From positions 22,258,001 to 22,322,000 of the forward strand of contig JBHGNT010000009.1 in assembly GCA_043228905.1 (NCBI GenBank): 64,000 bases of DNA. The letters run 5' to 3'. A program made the position numbers and the translations under genes. Positions 11,905 through 26,222 of this stretch are shown here, one piece after another. Source of the DNA: Azolla caroliniana (taxonomy: Eukaryota > Plantae > Polypodiophyta). Every line of letters begins with the position of its first letter. Position 1 is the stretch's first letter. The notes under the pieces are model-generated. The model worked only from the letters and a program-made list of their open reading frames with translations. It made no database searches and was not told the origin of the DNA.

Positions 11905-14900
11905 GTCGACGAGATGACATAGGTGGTCGACTCCGGAGCCTTGTTCAACCTTACCCCAGACCGGAAATGCTTCTCATCCTACTCAGCCGGTGATCACGGC
12001 TGTGTCCGGATGGGGAATGAAGATACATGCCGAATTGTCGGCATAGGAGACGTGTGGCTGACAACACCAACCGGATGCAAGATGCTGTTGAAGGATGTCT
12101 GACACGTTCCGGAGGTTCGTCTGACCCTGATATCAGCCGGTCGGCTAGATGATGAAGGCTACACGGGTAGCATCCGAAACGGTGTTATGAAGTTCAGCAA
12201 AGGGAGCCTGATTGTGGCTCGGGCCCGGAAGGTAAACACGATGTACCTGATGAATGCTCGGTTATGTCCAGAGGAAGTGAACGTGGCATCCGACACTACC
12301 GGTGAGCTGAGGCACAAGAGGTTGTGTCACATGAGCGAGAAGGTGATGAAGAGGCTTGCAGACGACAACCTCATTCCAGTGAAGAACGTGCACTTGGAGA
12401 AGTGCACTGATTGTCTGGCCGGAAAGCAAAACCGGACCTCCTTCCGACCAAGGCCACCGATGAGACGTAATGCACCACTGGACTTGGTGCATGCTAATGT
12501 GTGTCAAGTGGACACGAAGTCACATGCAGGATCGCAGTACTTCGTGACGTTCATAGATCATCACAGCTGGAAGCTGTGGGCCACACCGTTGAAGATGAAG
12601 GATGAAGTGTTATTCGTCTTCAAAGAGCTCCACGCGAGAGTGAAAGAGAAACCGGCCGGAAGCTGAAGGCGGTTGAAGCAGATAACGGAGGTGAATACCA
12701 GGGGTAGTTTGAGGAGTACTATCGCTCGAAGGGAATCTGGCTCGAATTTACCGTGCCGAAGACGCCGGAACTAAACGGGTTGGCCGAGAGGATGAACCGG
12801 ACCATAATGGAGAGGGTCCGGAGTATGTTGGCGCATGCAAAACTACCCAAGAAGTTTTGGGCTGAGGCACTGTCGACGTCGACATATGTGATAAACAGAT
12901 CACCCTCAATACCCTTGGACGGAGACACGTCACAGAGAGTATGGACCGGTAAGGAAGTATCCTACCGGCATCTGAAGGTCTTCGGGTGTCTCGCGTATGT
13001 GCATGTAGCTAAGGACCGGAGACAAAAGTTGGATCCAAAGACCCGGCCATGCATATTCCTCGGTTACGGTGACAATGAGTTCGGCTACCGAGTGTGGGAC
13101 CTGGTCGACAAGAAGGTATTCCGGAGTCGTGATATTATCTTCATGGAGGACAAGACGCTCGCTGACTAGGAGTCGGAGAAGAAGATAATGAACTCCGAGT
13201 CGACAGGTAAGGATCGATTCCACGATGAGCAGACCCAACCGGCAAGAGACCGGTTAGCACTCAGGAACCAGCCGGTTACGGTGAGGATACCGAACCGGCA
13301 GAAGTAGAAGTAGAGGAAGCTGAAACCGGAACCAGCCAAGACCCCGAATCGGATTCGGATGAAGAGAAAATGGAGGAGCCGGTTACCGAAGCCCAGAGAC
13401 GGAGATATCCTCTCAGAGAGAGAAGGGTCCCCCGGAGATTTCCGAATGCAGAGCATGTGCTGCTAACCGATGAGGGGGAGCCAGAAAGCTTCGAAGAAGC
13501 GAAGGATGACACCCACAGCCGAAAATGGTTAAGTGTCATGCAGGATGAGATGGATTCCCTACATGAGAACCATACGTATGAATTGGTGGAGTTGCCGAAA
13601 GGAAAGCGGGCACTTCGAAATAAATGGGTGTACAAGTTGAAACAGGGAGATGCCGGCAACCCCCCGAGATACAAAGCCAGGATCGTGGTGAAGGGGTTCC
13701 AGCAGAAGAAGGGCGTGGACTTCGACGACATATTGGCCCCAGTAGTAAAGATGACCTCCATCCGGACGGTGCTGAGTATAACGGCAAGCATGGACCTCGA
13801 GGTAGAGCAGCTGGACGTGAAGACGGCATTCCTTCACGGTGACCTCGAAGAGGAGATCTACATGCAGCAACCGGAAGGATTCGTGGAGAAAGGGAAGGAA
13901 CACTTGGTTTGCTAGTTGAAGAAGAGCCTCTACGGGTTGAAGTAGGCCCCCCGGCAATGGTACCGGAAGTTCAACTCCTTCATGACCAATCAAGGGTACC
14001 ACAATGTTGGGGATGCATATCATCCGGAACCGGCCAACGAAGCAACTATGGTTGTCACAGGAGAAGTACGTGACAAAGGTGCTTCAGCGGTTCAACATGT
14101 CAGATGTGAAACTGGTCGGATCGACACTTCTGGCAAACTGCGGGTTATCCGGTAAGCAAAGCCCGAAGACAAAAGCAGAGAAGGCGGATATGATGAAGGT
14201 TCCATATGCCTCTGCTGTCGGGAGCTTAATGTACGCAATGGTGTGTACTCGACCAGATATTGGATACACAATCGGAGTGGTGAGCCAGTTTATGAGCAAT
14301 CCCAGCAAGGAGCACTGGAACGCAGTCAAATGGATACTCCGGTACTTGAAGGGCACTTCGAACATGTGTCTCCGATTCGGCTCCGGTAAACCTCCACTTC
14401 ACGGTTTTACCGATTCGGACATGTCGGTTGATGTGGATACCAGCCGGTCTACATCCGGGTATGTAATGACATATGCAGGGGGTGTTGTTTCGTGGCAGTC
14501 GAGGCTGCAAAAAACGGTTGCGCTGTCAACCACGGAAGCGGAGTACATGGCGGTTGTGGAAGCCAGCAAGGAAATATTATGGATGAAGGACTTCATCGGA
14601 GAGCTCGGTATCCGGCAAGATGAATACCGGCTCTACTGCGACAGTCAAAGTGCCATCCACCTTGCTAAGAATGCAGCCTACCATTCCCGAACAAAGCATA
14701 TCCAGCGAAGGTATCACTGTATCCGGGAAAGAGTAGATGACCAGGAGTTCACGCTGACGAAGATCCATACGGCCGAGAACGGGTCAACTATGCTGACCAA
14801 AGTACTGACACCTAACAAGCTGGATGCATGCCGGAAGGAGGTCGAACTGGTAAGACACCCCATGTCGGAATGAAGGGGGAGTTTGTTAGGAAACAGGTCC

Positions 14901-15281
14901 CTCCGGATGATGAAGACCAGGTTAGAACCGGATGAGGAGTACCCGGCTATGGATGACCCGGTGAGAACCGGATGATGAAGACCCGGTTAGAACCGGGTGA
15001 CGAGTACCCGACTACGGATGACCCGGTGAGAACCGGATGATGAAGACCCGGTGAGAACCAGATGACGAGTACCCGGCAAGCGCCGGATGATGCAAGCCCG
15101 ATGAAGAGTGCTCACCGGATGAAGGGACATATTCGTAAATATGTTTCTGAGAGTCCATCGGGGCTATATTTGTAAATAGCCGAAAAGTCATTTTAGTATA
15201 AATATGACTTAGGGCAAACTGTTGTTGATGTCTGTGATGTTGTTGTTATTGTTGGCCCAAGATTAGAGCGCGCAACTGTGC

Positions 15282-15316
<35 letters not shown>

Positions 15317-15595
15317 GAGGTCATTGCCTCTGTTGTAACCGCCGCCTGTGGCGAAGATAGAAAGCTCGAGGTCGTTGCCTCGGTGCTTTACCATTTTGTA
15401 CATTCTGACATAGTGATAGTTTGCAGTCTGTGGGCTGTCGTGGTTTTTTCCCGTATTTGGGTTTTCCACGTAAACATCCTGTGTACTCTTCTCCTCACTG
15501 TGTCGTGCCTTTCTTTCCCGGTTTTTTTCTGTGTTTTATGATTCTAAGCTTGGTTGTCGCCGAGCGTTGTTCATCGGGAGCGTGTGTTCCTGTCA
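11905..15595 (+). mobile_element. Ty1/copia family A (copy 2), 5'-truncated, pseudogenised pol plus 3' LTR
   Basis: Protease remnant, integrase, RT (KARIVVKGF, QLDVKTAFLHG; YVDD region deleted near 14003), RNase H (ALSTTEAEY), PPT GAAGGGGGAG about 14872-14881, LTR 14884-15595; several stops. Confidence 0.93.
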
Positions 15596-17217
15596 CCATT
15601 GAACTCCTGAATAAAATCTGAATGTTTCTAGACACAATCAACCATTGTAGCGTTTCTCTAGCAACCTCAAGACCTACTCTAGACCAGTGACACATGGGAT
15701 CTTTCTAAAGCATTCTTTGGGCAGTTGCTATCGATCTTCTTAATCTCACTTCTCTTTCCTTAGACTTGACAATTCTATTTTTAGTCTCCGCATGCAAATA
15801 CATTGAAGTTTCAATCATCTTCCCTCTAAGTTTATCAAGTGCACCACAACCAACTAGATTACTTGCCCATATGCTCCTTATCTTCCTTCCCACCTCCGCA
15901 TCCTCAAAAAGCTTAATGTTGATCCCTAGGTTGCAGTCCCTTTCTGGCTGACTATAATCGGCATATGATCAGAGTAAGCCGAATGGGCGATGATTTCAAC
16001 ATTGTTGCCATATTTTTAGAGTTCCGAGCTTATGTATATTCTGTCTATGCAAGACATGCAAAAGCCATTTATATTGCAGCCTGCTCTTGAAAAGCTTAGC
16101 GAACTCCGAGGCTTTTTTAGTACATACCAAGCATTTTTCACTCCTAATCTGCCCATCACAAATCCCATGCAATTAACTCTGACCCCTAGACCACCGTATG
16201 CGTGCCACCCACCTTTTCATCTATGTGCAAAGTCATGTTAAAATGCCCGGCGAGGATCCACACATCTACAAATGACAGGCCATCAGCCAATTGACTCCAA
16301 AAAAAGGCCCGCATCGCTGAGGAATTGGGCGTATACACATTTATTATCCTGACTATACATTGATGCCATCTGACAGTGACATAGATGGCACGTCCCTCCA
16401 CTATCATGGTGTCCTGGCCCACAACAACAATATCCTGATTGTTCCTAATAGATTTATAAACACCTCCTTTTCTACCATGCTCACCCTACGCTGGGGACCA
16501 AAATGTATGCCAATACTCAAGATTCTGTTCGCAGTCAAATGATGCTCTTGCAAGAGCAAAATGTCGGGATCCCCTTAAAGCTCGGGGATTTGAACTCCTA
16601 ACGGAAGTTCTTCCTTTCCATCATGCATTTGCTGCCACCAAGCCGTTGTATGTTCCACGTGATTAATTTCATGAAATCAAGTGTGAAGTCTCCCAAGAAG
16701 GGCATAGTCCCTCCCCCCGAGCCCATGCCCAACCTCCCTCATTGATCCTCTCCCATCCTAACACCACATCATGCATTGTATCTTCTTCCAGTTCCTCCTC
16801 ATGGAAGTGTAACACCTCATCGAGGGAGTCTACCTTCTCCTCTAGACATAGTAGTCGTTGCTTTTTAATGCTAGAATCGTTGAAACTCCCACATATCATT
16901 CCAACATATTGTCACGAACACACACATTCATCCACATAAACATCCATTTGACAGGAACTGCACGCTCCCTATACGCAACGCTCGGCCACAACCGAGCTTA
17001 GAATCATACACAGAAAACGGGAAATAAATGCACGACACAAAGAAGAGAAGAGTACACAGGATGTTTACGTGGAAAACCCCAAACAAGGAAAAAAAACCAT
17101 GGCAGCCCACAGGCTGCAAACTATCACTATGTTAGAATGTACAACAGTGAGTTCACGGAGGCAACGACCTCGTGCTCACGATCTTTGCCACAGGCGGCGG
17201 TTTCAACAGAGGCAACG

Positions 17218-17284
<67 letters not shown>

Positions 17285-17985
17285 CACGGTTACGCGCTCT
17301 CTCTCTTCTTGCACCAACAAGAATAACAACACATCTAAAAGTTTGCCCTAAGTCATATTTATACTAATATGACTTTTCGGCTATTTACAAATATAGCCAT
17401 GATGGACTCTCAAAAACATATTTACGAATATGTCTCTTCATCCGGTGAGCACTCCTCACCGGGTCTGCACCATCCGGCTCTCCGTAGCCGGGTACTCCTC
17501 ATCCGGTTCTCACCGGGTCTGCACCATCCGGCTCTCCGTAGCCGGGTACTCGTCATACGGTTTCGGCCTCGGCCGAGTTTGTTCATCAGCACTGTTCTTC
17601 TCCCTTCCCATCCGGAGGGACCTATCTCCCAACACCATTTATCCCCATTCGAGGTGATTGGTAGGTTGTTAAAGTATTTGTGCGTCTTGACTTCTATGGA
17701 GTTGGAGATCCATGCCATGTTGTTGGCCGAAACCTCAAGGTCCATCAGGTCGAAAGAGAAGCCTACCTTCGGCAGCTTGTTTTGTTTAGCAACAATCACA
17801 TAAACCCTCATCCCTATGCCTTCCTCATGACACAAATTAGTCAATCTCGTGAGAGCCTTCTGGCTAAACCTACACCCCTTGCCAAACGTGTCCCTTTCTG
17901 ATCTTTTGGATCTAACAAATTTGATCGAAACTCTAACATTTGCCTCCATACTTACTTGTTTCAACTCTAACATTTGCCTCTAACA
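15596..17985 (-). mobile_element. L1-like LINE fragment (probable end of ORF1 and the endonuclease domain), degenerate
   Basis: Endonuclease motifs LLQEH, IINVYTPN, WILAGHFN and SDHMPI on the minus strand; interrupted by the solo LTR at 16949-17634. Confidence 0.8.
16949..17634 (-). mobile_element. Solo LTR of copia family A (686 bp), TSD CCATT, with a long (CT)n tract
   Basis: TGACAGGAAC...TCTCCCAACA; CCATT at 16944-16948 and 17635-17639. Confidence 0.93.
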
Positions 17986-17986
17986 A

Positions 17987-20900
17987 ATTTCATTGAGAAG
18001 GTCCGGTTGAGAGCCTTCTTCAGCATCCGTATTTTGGCTTGGTCCCGTCCGACGATCAACATGTCGTCCACGTACAGAAGGAGTATCAGGAAGTCGCCTC
18101 CTTCGAACTTCTTCACAAACACGTAGTGATCGGCATACATCTTGTGGTACCCTTCATCGGTCATGAAGGAATCGAACCTCCGGTACCATTGTCGGGGAGC
18201 CTGCTTTAGTCCGTAGAGGCTCTTCTTCAGCCGGCATACCAGGTGCTCCTTCCCTTTCTCCACAAATCCCTCCGGTTGTTGCATGTAGATCTCTTCTTCG
18301 AGGTCACCGTGAAGGAATGTCGTCTTCACGTCTAGCTGCTCTACCTCGAGGTCCATGCTTGCCGATATACTCAGCACCGTCCGGATAGAGGTCTGCTTTA
18401 CTACCGGGGCAAATATCTCATCGAAGTCCACGCCCTTCTTCTGTTGGAACCCCTTCACCACGATCCTGGCTTTGTATCTCGGGGGGTTGCCGGCATCTCC
18501 CGGTTTCAACTTGTACACCCACTTGTTTCGGAGTGCCCGCTTTCCTTTCGGCAACTCCACCAATTCGTACGTATGGTTCTCATGCAGGGAATCCATCTCA
18601 TCCTGCATGGCACTTAACCATTTTCGGTTGTGGGTGTCTTCCTTCGCTTCTTCGAAGCTTTCCGGCTCCCCCTCATTGGTCAGCAGAACATGCTCTACAT
18701 CCAGAAATCTTCGGGGGGCCCTTCTCTCTCTAAGAGGATATCTCCGTCTTCGGGCTTCGGTAACCGGCTCCTCCATATGCTCTTCATCCGAATCCGATTC
18801 GGGGTCTTGGCCGGTTCCGGTTTCAGCTTCCTCTACTTCTTCTTCAGCCTGTTCGGTATCCTCACCGTAACCGGCTGGTCCCTCGAGTGCTAACCGGTCT
18901 CTTGCCAGTTGGGTCTGCTCATCGTAGAGTCGATCCTTACCGGTCAACTCGGAGTTCATTATCTTCTTCTCCGACTCCTAGTCGGCGAGCGTCTTGTCCT
19001 CCATGAAGATAATATCTCGACTCCGGAATACCTTCTTGTCGACCAGGTCCCACACTCAGTAGCCGAACTCATCGTCACCGTAACCGAGGAATATGCATGG
19101 CCGGGTCTTTGCATCTAACTTTCGTCTCCGGTCCTTAGCTACATGCACGTACGCGAGACACCCGAACACCTTCAGATGCCGGTAGGATACTTCCTTACCG
19201 GTCCACACTCTTTGTGGCGTGTCTCCGTCCAAGGGTACTGAGGGTGATCTATTTATCACATATGTCGCCGTCATCAATGCCTCAGCCCAAAACTTCTTGG
19301 GTAGTTTTGCATGCGCTAGCATACTCCGGACCCTCTCCATTATGGTCTGGTTCATCCTCTCGGCCAGTTTCTCTTTCCACTCTCGCGTGGAGCTCTTTGA
19401 AGACGGAAAGCACCTGATCCTTCGTCTTCAACAGTGTGGCCCACAGCTTCCGGTTGTGGTCATCTATGAATGTCACGAAGTACTACGCTCCCGCATGTGA
19501 CTTCGTGTCTACTTGACACACATCCATATGCACCAACTCCAGTGGTGCATTACGTCTCATCGGTGGCCTTGGTCGGAAGGAGGTCCGGTTTTGCTTACCG
19601 GCCAGACAATTAGTGCACTTCTGCAAGTGCACGTTCTTCACTGGAATGAGGTTGTCGTCTGCAAGCCTCTTCATCCCCTTCTCGCTCATATGACACAGCC
19701 TCTTGTGCCACAGCTCACCGGTTGTGTCGGATGCCACGTTCACTTCTTCCGGGCATAACCGGGCATTCATCAGGTACAGTGTGTTGACCTTCCGGGCCCG
19801 AGCCACAATCAGGCTCCCTTTGCTGAACTTCATGACACCGTTCCGGATGCTACCAGTGTAGCCTTCATCATCTAGCCGACCGGCTGATATCAGGGTCAGA
19901 CGAACCTCCGGAACGTGTCGGACATCCTTCAACAGCAACTTGCATCCGGTTGGTGTTGTCAGCCACACGTCTCCTATGCCGACAATTCGGCATGTACCTT
20001 CATTCCCCATCCGGACACAGCCGTGATCACTGGCTGAGTAGGATGAGAAGCATTTCTGGTTCGGGGTAAGGTGGAACGACGCTCCGGAGTCTACCACCCA
20101 GGTCATCTCGTCGCCGGCAAGGTTTATCTCACTCTCCTCGGTGATGAGCATCAACTCTTCTTCACTTGCCGCGATTGCCGTCGTTCCCTTCCGGTCCGTT
20201 CCCCTCCGGTCTTTACCGTTTCGGTCCGGGGTCCGCTTCGAATCGGTACCGTCGGTCTCCTTATCTTTTCGGAAATGCCGACAGTTCTTTTGGAAGTGTC
20301 CCGGCTTGCCGCAATAGAAGCAAGCAGGCCTCCCCCTTGACTTTGACTGTGTCCCCGACTTCTCCCAGTTCTGGGGACTACGGTTTCTATGTCTTCCGCG
20401 TTCCGATTCGGTAAGGAGCACTTTGGAGTCGGAGCTCGTATCTTTATCTTTCCGACGCGCCTCCTCATCTAGCAAGCTCAACTTTACTCTTGCTAAGGAT
20501 AACCGCTTTCCTTCCGGCCCAGCGTTGCCCAAAGTGACACCCAACGTCTCCCAGCTATCCGGGAGGGAACCGAGCAGGAGTAGCGCTAGTACCTCGTCGA
20601 CGAGAGGTACTTCCAATGATGTTGCTTGGTGGATCAGCCCCTGGAAGGCATTCATGTGCTCTGCCATGCTGGAGCCATCTTGGTACCGGAGTCTTACTAG
20701 CTTCCGGAATACCAAAACCTGATTAACATCATTTTTGTTTTGAAACATAATGTCGATCTTCTCCCAGAGCTCATGAGCCTTGCTCTCTTCATTGAAGTTG
20801 TTGTATAGGCTCATGTCGATGAAGCACCGTATGTACGCCGTTGTCTTCATGTGCATCACCTCCCATATCGCGGCGTCGATTTTGTCCGGTCTCTTGTCCC

Positions 20901-21683
20901 CAAACTGAACCGGCAGCCAGAGGTCTTTAACCACGAGCATGTCCCTCATCTTCGACTTCCACACTGAATAGTTGGAGCCGGTGATCTTGAACATACCGCC
21001 AAACGATTCGTCCATTTTCTGTGTCGTTTTGCTCTGATACCACTTGACGGGAACTCAACGCTCCTTAAACGCAACGCTCGGCCACAATCGAGCTTAGAAT
21101 CATACACAGAAAACGGGAAATAAAAGCACGACACGAAGAAGAGGAGAGTACACAGGATGTTTACGTGGAAAACCCAGAGAGGGAAAAACCACGGCAGCCC
21201 ACAGGCTGCAAACTATCACTATGTGAGAATGTACAACAGTGAGTTCACGGAGGCAACGACCTCGTGCTCACGATCTTCGCCACAGGCGGCGGTTACAACA
21301 GAGGCAACGTCCTCTTTCTCTCTCTCTCTCTCTGTACACAATTACGCGCTCTCTCTTTTCTTGCACCAACAAAGAAAAATTACAACCACAACTAAAAGTT
21401 TGCCCTAAGTCATATTTATACTAATATGACTTTTCGGCTATTTACAAATATAGCCTCGATGAACTCTAAGAAACATATTTACGAATATGTCTCTTCATCC
21501 GGTGAGCATTCCTCACCAGGTCTGCACCATCCGGCTCTCCGTAGCCGGGTACTCCTCATCCGGTTCTCACCGGGTCTGCACCATCCAGCTCTCTGTAGCC
21601 AGGTACTCCTCATCCGGTTCCGGCCGAGGCCGATACGGCACTGTCCTTCTCCTTTCCCATCCGGAGGGACCTGTCTCCCAACA
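17987..21683 (-). mobile_element. Ty1/copia family A (copy 3), 3'-truncated within RT
   Basis: LTR 21045-21683, PBS 21031-21042, gag-protease ORF 19483-21015, integrase with an internal deletion near 19360, RT ORF 17967-18959 with LYVDDML. Confidence 0.95.
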
Positions 21684-24600
21684 ATTAACAGAAGCAATCA
21701 GTCACGCGGTGAGATGCGACAACCGCCTCTTCGAACGATGTTCGGAACGACAATTCCAGATTCCGAGGGCAAGATCAGAGCCTACCTACGCCTCAGTGGT
21801 AGCGAAACCTTTTCCGAGGGAGTCATATCATGCGCCTCCAGTAAGTACTCCAACTCCGATGGAAATTGACACCACACGTCGTCGTGGACCACTATCGGAA
21901 GAAGAAAAGCAATGACGCCGAGCAAACCGACTATGTCTTTATTGTGGTGGACCAGGGCATATCGTGGTAAATTGTCCCCATAGGCCAAGAAGGCAAGTAA
22001 ACCAAATAGTTGCTAGTTTTGATTGTACTAAATCCGAGTCTATTTCAGTAGGGATATCTGATAGTCCTAATAGTACTAATAGCCCAAATCTAGCGAACAA
22101 ATTTGATGTCCATAGTCAGTTAGAAGAAGAGTTAAATGACTAAGTCCAACCAAAATAGGAGTCGTTCAGTTGGACAACCCTAGATCTGTGCAGCCCATTA
22201 GTGGTTCCATTCCCTCTAAGCAAGTTAGCAATGTGTTCGTAGCCCAAGTAACAATTAGTACTAAAAGTACCCCTCTAGTACATGTCTTAGCACTTCTAGA
22301 TTCCGGAGCTAATTCTTGCTTCATGGATAGGAACTTTGCCCAAGCTCATCAAATATCACTCAGAAAACTCCCGTGTCCAGCCTCTGTAGTCGTCATTGAT
22401 GGTCGTCCCATTGCTTCTGAAAATATCATGGAAGAGTCAGAGCCCATTAATATTGTCCTAGATAATCTAGCATGTGTAGTATCATTTAATATAATTAGCA
22501 TCCTAGAACACCCCATTGTTTTAGGATTACCATGGTTCAAATTACATAACCCAGACATAGATTGGAGAACAAGAGAAATCCGGTATCGAAGAGCCCAAGG
22601 GTCTACTCATGAGATTGCAACCATTTCGCTACATCAATTGAGGGAAGAAGGACGCAAGGAAGAAATGTTTCTCTTCGCAATATCAGTGAAGCCCTCAGAC
22701 ACCATTAAAGAGGAGTCCACCGTTCAACTTCCAAAGAAGTATCATCATTATGTCTATGTGTTCGATAAAGTACAAGCCAATACGCTTCCTCACCATCGAC
22801 CATATGATTGCCCCATCGATTTACAACCGGGGAAAGAGCCACCATGGGGACCGATCTACAATTTGTCACCAACCGAGCTAGAAGTCCTACGAGCCTATAT
22901 AGAGGAGAATTTGGCAAATGGTTTCATTCGGCATTCGAAATCTCCAGCCGGCGCACCCATTTTCTTCGTCAAGAAAAAGGATGGATCACTTCGTCTCGTT
23001 GTAGATTAACGTGGCTTGAATAAGGTGACAATTAGAAATAGGTATGCACTTCCCCTTATCTCAAGTCTTTTAGAACGGATCAATGGTGTCAGGTTCTTCA
23101 TGAAGATCGACTTACGGGGAAGCCTATAACCTCGTACGGATCCGACCAGGAGATGAATGGAAGATCGCGTTTCACACCAGATATGGGCACTTCGAGTATA
23201 CAGTCATGTCGTTCGGCCTCACTAATGTGCCAGCAGTCTTCCAGCACATGGCAAATGATATATTCCGAGATCTCTTGGATGTTTGTTTAATCATCTATTT
23301 GGATGATCTACTGGTTTATTCGAAGACCCAAGAAGAGCATGATTCTCATGTACTGCTAGTACTAAAACGACTTCGAGAACATGGTCTTTATGCAAAGCTG
23401 AAAAAATGTAGTTTTGGGTGCAACCAGGTGAAATTTCTGGGCTATGTCATTTCCTCGGAAGGCATCTCCATGGACCCAACTAAGGTCAAAACTGTGGTAG
23501 AGTGGCAGACTCCGCGTTCGGTGCGAGATGTGCAATGCTTTTTAGGCTTTGCCAATTTTTACCGGAAGTTCATACAGGATTACTCAAAGCTCGTTCTGCC
23601 TCTCACACAGCTTACCAGGAAGGGACAATCGTTCGTTTGGTCTAAAGAAGCGGACATGGCTTTCGAGAGTCTTAAAAAGGCATTTACATCGGCTCCAATT
23701 CTAGCTCATGTCGATCCAGAAAAACCATTCATTATCGAAGCAGACGCATCGGATTTCGCATTGGGGAGCATTCTGTCACAACGAGGTAATGACGAGAAGC
23801 TACATCTTGTGGCTTTTCACTCACGCAAGTTTGACGCCGCCGAAATCAACTACGAAATTCATGATAAGGAGCTATTGGCAATAGTGAACTCTTTTACGCA
23901 ATGGAGGCATTTTCTAGAGGGATCCTCTCATCAAGTCACTGTATTCTGTGACCACAAAAACCTTGCCTACTTTCAGGACGCTCGTGTGTTAAATCGACGT
24001 CAAGCTCGGTGGGCCCACTTCCTCACGCGTTTCGACTTCAAAATTACATATCATCCAGGGAAGCACCAAGGGAAGGCAAATGCATTATCACGGCGTTCAT
24101 ACCTAGCACCGCGTCCCGGCGAGCCAGCTTTTGATAACCAAAAGCAAGTAAGCTTGGGACCGACACGACTGCAAGCAACACAGATCTTTGGCATGCCAAT
24201 GGATTCCCACGTTATCGATATTATACGTGAAGACTTGAAGACCGATGCTTTCACCCAAGCCATTCTAGCACAAATTGATCCCTCTCGAGCATCTTGTTCA
24301 CAGTCGCAACCACCAGGTACAGACTATCGGCAATTCAAATACCATGATGGATTACTATTCTTTAATGAACTCTTGTATGTTCCTAATGGTTCTTGTTGCC
24401 TTCGAGTAGTCCAAAACTATCATGACACATATACAACTGGGCATTTTGGTAGTACTAAAACATTAGATTTAGTACAACGATCATTTTGGTGGCCCCGTAT
24501 GTGACAATTTTTCGAAGATTTTGTTCGGACTTGTGATACATGCTACAGAGCGAAAATGCCAATGCATCATCCATATGGTTTCTTAGAACCATTTCCAATT

Positions 24601-26015
24601 CCAAGCAACCCGTGGCAATCCATTGCTCTAGACTTCATCACAGATCTTCCAGTCTCTAAGGGGTTCAATGTGATTCTAACAGTCGTAGATTGATATATGG
24701 AGAGCGCTCATTTCTTGCCATGTACTAAGGAAATATCCAGTGAAGAATACGTTGAAATTGTCATGCATGAAGTATGTCGGCATCATGGCCTTCCCGATAG
24801 TATCATCAGCGACCATGGACCCCAGTTTGTATCGAAATTCTGGAAGCACCTTTTTAAAATGCTCAAGGTCCCATGTAACCTCTCCTCCGGCTACCACCCA
24901 CAAACGGATGGCCAAGCAGAACGAACAAATCAAACACTGGAGCAGTATCTTCGGTGCTTTCTAAGCTATCATCAGGATGATTGGGTAGATATTCTCCACT
25001 TCGCCGAATTTGCCTACAATAACTCTGTCCATGCATCGACTAAAGTTATGCCATTTTATGCTTATACGGATTCTCACCCCTGGTGGTGTGTATTTGAAAC
25101 CCCAGAGTTGTCCACAAATCCTTGCGTAGAGGATCGTTTAGAGCGGTTACACAAGATACAAGCCGGTTTATCTACTCATCTCCAACAAGCTCAACAAACA
25201 CACAAGGTTTATGCGGATCGTCATCGACTTCTATCCAGTTTTAACATTGGAGATCAGGTATGGCTACTACGACAACACATCAAGACTACTCGCCCATGCG
25301 AGAAGTTGGATTATCGGCGATTAGGTCATTTCCGTATTATAGGAAAGATTAATGATGTCGCTTTTCGTCTCAATCTACCTCCGCAACTTCGGATACATCC
25401 GGTGTTTCATAGTTCTCTCCTCAAACCCTATCAAGAGAACACCATCCCAGGATGTATTACACAACCTCCACCCCCAATCGAGGTTGAAGATGGACTGAGT
25501 ACGAGGTTGCCACTATTCTTGATTCCAAGATTGTTCGCAACAAGCTCTACTATCTAGTCGATTGGCTAGGATATAGTCCTCGCGAGCGTACTTGGGAACC
25601 GATAGAGAATGTGACCAATGCTCATGCTCTTCTTGAAGACTTCCATCGTCAATATCTAGACAAACCGGGTCCTCAATCCAAAACGACTCGTGATACTCGT
25701 CGTTTTAAAAGGGAGATAGTGTCATGATATGGCAAGACTCGAACCCATGACTTCATGCTACATGGGTCGAGCTCTTGACCATTAAACCATACATTGTAAT
25801 ACATAAAATATTATTTTCATTCATGTTTTATTATAGAAAATTGATGTATATTCCATATTTCTCTAGAACATTCTAGAAACTTCGGGAGTATTCCTCAGAA
25901 CACTATAAAAGGAGGCACAAGGCATTATTTTGAACCAAATCGGTTCAACGCCAGTCTTAAGCCTCCTAGCTACTACTGTACATTCCCTTCACATAATATA
26001 TATCTTTTCTTATCA

Positions 26016-26109
<94 letters not shown>

Positions 26110-26222
26110 CCTCTCACTCACTCTCACTCACTCTTTCCTTCTCTCGAGAGTTCTTCACCTCTCTTAGTACTAATACTTCTTTTAGTACTAATTCCTTCTC
26201 TGTCTTAGTATTGTTCCTGACA
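21684..26222 (+). mobile_element. Ty3/gypsy chromovirus (Tcn1/Tf1-like), 5'-truncated, pseudogenised pol with chromodomain plus 3' LTR
   Basis: Zinc knuckle CLYCGGPGHIVVNC, protease LLDSGAN, RT YLDDLLVYS, RNase H EADASDFALG, integrase, chromodomain-like YYLVDWLGY..TWEP near 25500-25620, PPT 25707-25719, LTR 25720-26222. Confidence 0.93.
25726..25792 (-). other. tRNA-like Pol III A/B-box module inside the chromovirus LTR
   Basis: Minus strand TGGTTTAATGG (A box) and GGTTCGAGTCT (B box) with tRNA-like spacing; stems degenerate. Confidence 0.55.

Noticed and set aside
15596-15600. CCATT after LTR 14884-15595, identical to the TSD of solo LTR 16949-17634
   Set aside because: The solo LTR already has both TSD copies; a further 5-bp match is likely coincidence.
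16924-16936. Third match to TGTGGATGAATGT
   Set aside because: Only 13 bp and internal to the LINE-like segment, not at an element boundary; probably chance.
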